From contig NC_087252.1 of NCBI RefSeq assembly GCF_037042905.1, positions 3,474,001 through 3,538,000 on the forward strand: a DNA stretch of 64,000 bases, read 5' to 3'. How positions within the stretch are numbered: the stretch's first letter is position 1; every line of letters begins with the position of its first letter. Below the pieces are notes generated by a model, which did not search any database, had not been told where the DNA came from, and worked only from the letters and a program-made list of their open reading frames with translations. Origin of the DNA: Lytechinus pictus. Lineage: Eukaryota. Position numbers and translations under genes: made by a program. This document shows, one piece after another, positions 62,555 to 64,000 of the stretch.

Positions 62555-64000
62555 AAGTTCATTCATTTTTTTTCATTCATTTATTGATTCCACTTTTAAA
62601 ACAAATAACATAATATACATAACAAATGTATTCGTAAACATAGTGTATCAAAGATCAAATTAAATATCTAACATAAGTACTTAAACATAAGGTACACTAC
62701 AAAATGTAAAAAAAGTGAGGAGCCTAAATAAAAAGCAGAGCTTGTCGAAAATTAGGCTCCCATTGGGAGAAAATATAAGTTGTTACTTTGGGCGAACAAA
62801 TGTGAAAAAGGAATACATATTTATTACATTGAATGTTTTACACAAAATATATCGAAAGGCATCAAGTAACCAGAAAATGATGAAGTAGAAAAAGAATAAC
62901 AATAGTAAGATAAAATGAAATTGGAAAACGACCAAAAGATGGAGGGGGGAGTCAAGGGATAAATAATAGAGTATAATAAAGAAAGAATAGAAAAACATAA
63001 TTATAATTATAATAATTATTATTAATATTATTATTATTTGCAGTCATCAGTACGATCCAGCATTGTACCTCTCTAAGAGGTATAACTTAAGCTTGTGTTT
63101 GAAACAATTGAGAGAGGGGCTATCAACCAGTTCGTTATCTAGGCTGTTCCAGAATTTGGGTCCTGTTGTTGTAAAAGTGCTATTTGCAAAAACGGTTCGG
63201 GTTTGTGGGAGGTGGTAATGATTAGCTTGTCTAGTTGAATGGGAATGTAAAATGAAATTGCGTTGAAATAATGGCGCAAAGGCATCTGGTAAATTGTCAT
63301 TCTTAAGTTCGAACATAAATATACCAAGATTGTACAAATATAAATCAGATAGTTTCAAGATTTTGCAATTATAAAAAAGATTGTTTGTTTGAGCACGAAA
63401 TCCAGCGTTATTGATTATTCTTATGACACGCTTTTGGACAATGTTAATTTTTTCCAAGAGGGTTTTGGAGCTATTGCCCCATGTTAGAATACAGTAATTG
63501 ATGTAGGGCAAGATTAGAGCAGAATAAAGTATACGCAACACATGAAAGGGTACAAAGTGTTTCAGTTTGTTTATCACACCAGTGTTACGAGATAATAATT
63601 TAGATAAGGAATCAATCTGTACCCGCCATGTTAGCTTACTGTCGATATATATACCTAAAAATTTGGTAGAATCAACCTGGGAGATGTTTTTATTATTTAT
63701 AAGTATACGACCGGGTAAAGTGGACACCGAGTTGCTGAATAGCATAAAATTAGTTTTATCAACGTTAAGGGACAATTTATTGGCCTGTATCCAATCAAAA
63801 ACAGCTGTTAATTCAGTATTAATGATATTTAAAAGAGTATTTGGGTTATGATGGGAGCAAAAAATATTGGAGTCATCAGCAAAAAGAATAAAAGATAACA
63901 CTGAAGAGGAATTCTGTAAATCATTGATATATAAAATAAAGAGGAGCGGGCCTAATAATGAACCTTGTGGGACTCCACATCTAATGGTTTGAGGGGTTGA
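62555..64000 (-). mobile_element. L2/Crack (CR1-group) LINE, RT C-terminal half and 3' UTR; continues beyond the window
   Basis: Open frame from the window edge: GVPQGSLLGPLLFILYINDL..LFADDSNIF..NKLSLNVDKT..GPKFWNSL, stop at 63047. 3' UTR hairpin 62715-62762; aataaa and (tgaa)n tail near 62560-62585. Confidence 0.93.

Overview
AT-rich, intron-containing animal DNA; the repeat families suggest a sea urchin or other echinoderm (inference). I can support one host gene, on the + strand: a 5-exon, all-phase-1 immunoglobulin-superfamily membrane protein (signal peptide 31425-31491; V-like domain 52618-52944; C1-like domain 56191-56526; TM 57405-57506; tail 58454-58692; 356 aa if spliced as proposed). 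Most of it is missing from the ORF track. Nearly everything else is nested, mostly non-autonomous transposons, many with exact TIRs and TSDs. DNA elements: a Transib-like element with CACAGTG (RSS-heptamer) ends and a 5-bp TSD, split by a 5.8-kb P-like insertion; two copies of a 4-kb TA-TSD element, one carrying a 7.4-kb EnSpm-like element; an AcademH derivative with a RecQ-helicase fragment; and Kolobok, Harbinger, MULE/Merlin, hAT, Helentron and Crypton-like MITEs. Retroelements: a probable decayed Ngaro-like tyrosine-recombinase element between 370-bp direct repeats, and L1/Tx1, L2/Crack and RTE fragments. No rRNA, tRNA, CRISPR array or complete transposase is visible. Superfamily assignments rest on terminal and TSD signatures read by eye, not on database searches.
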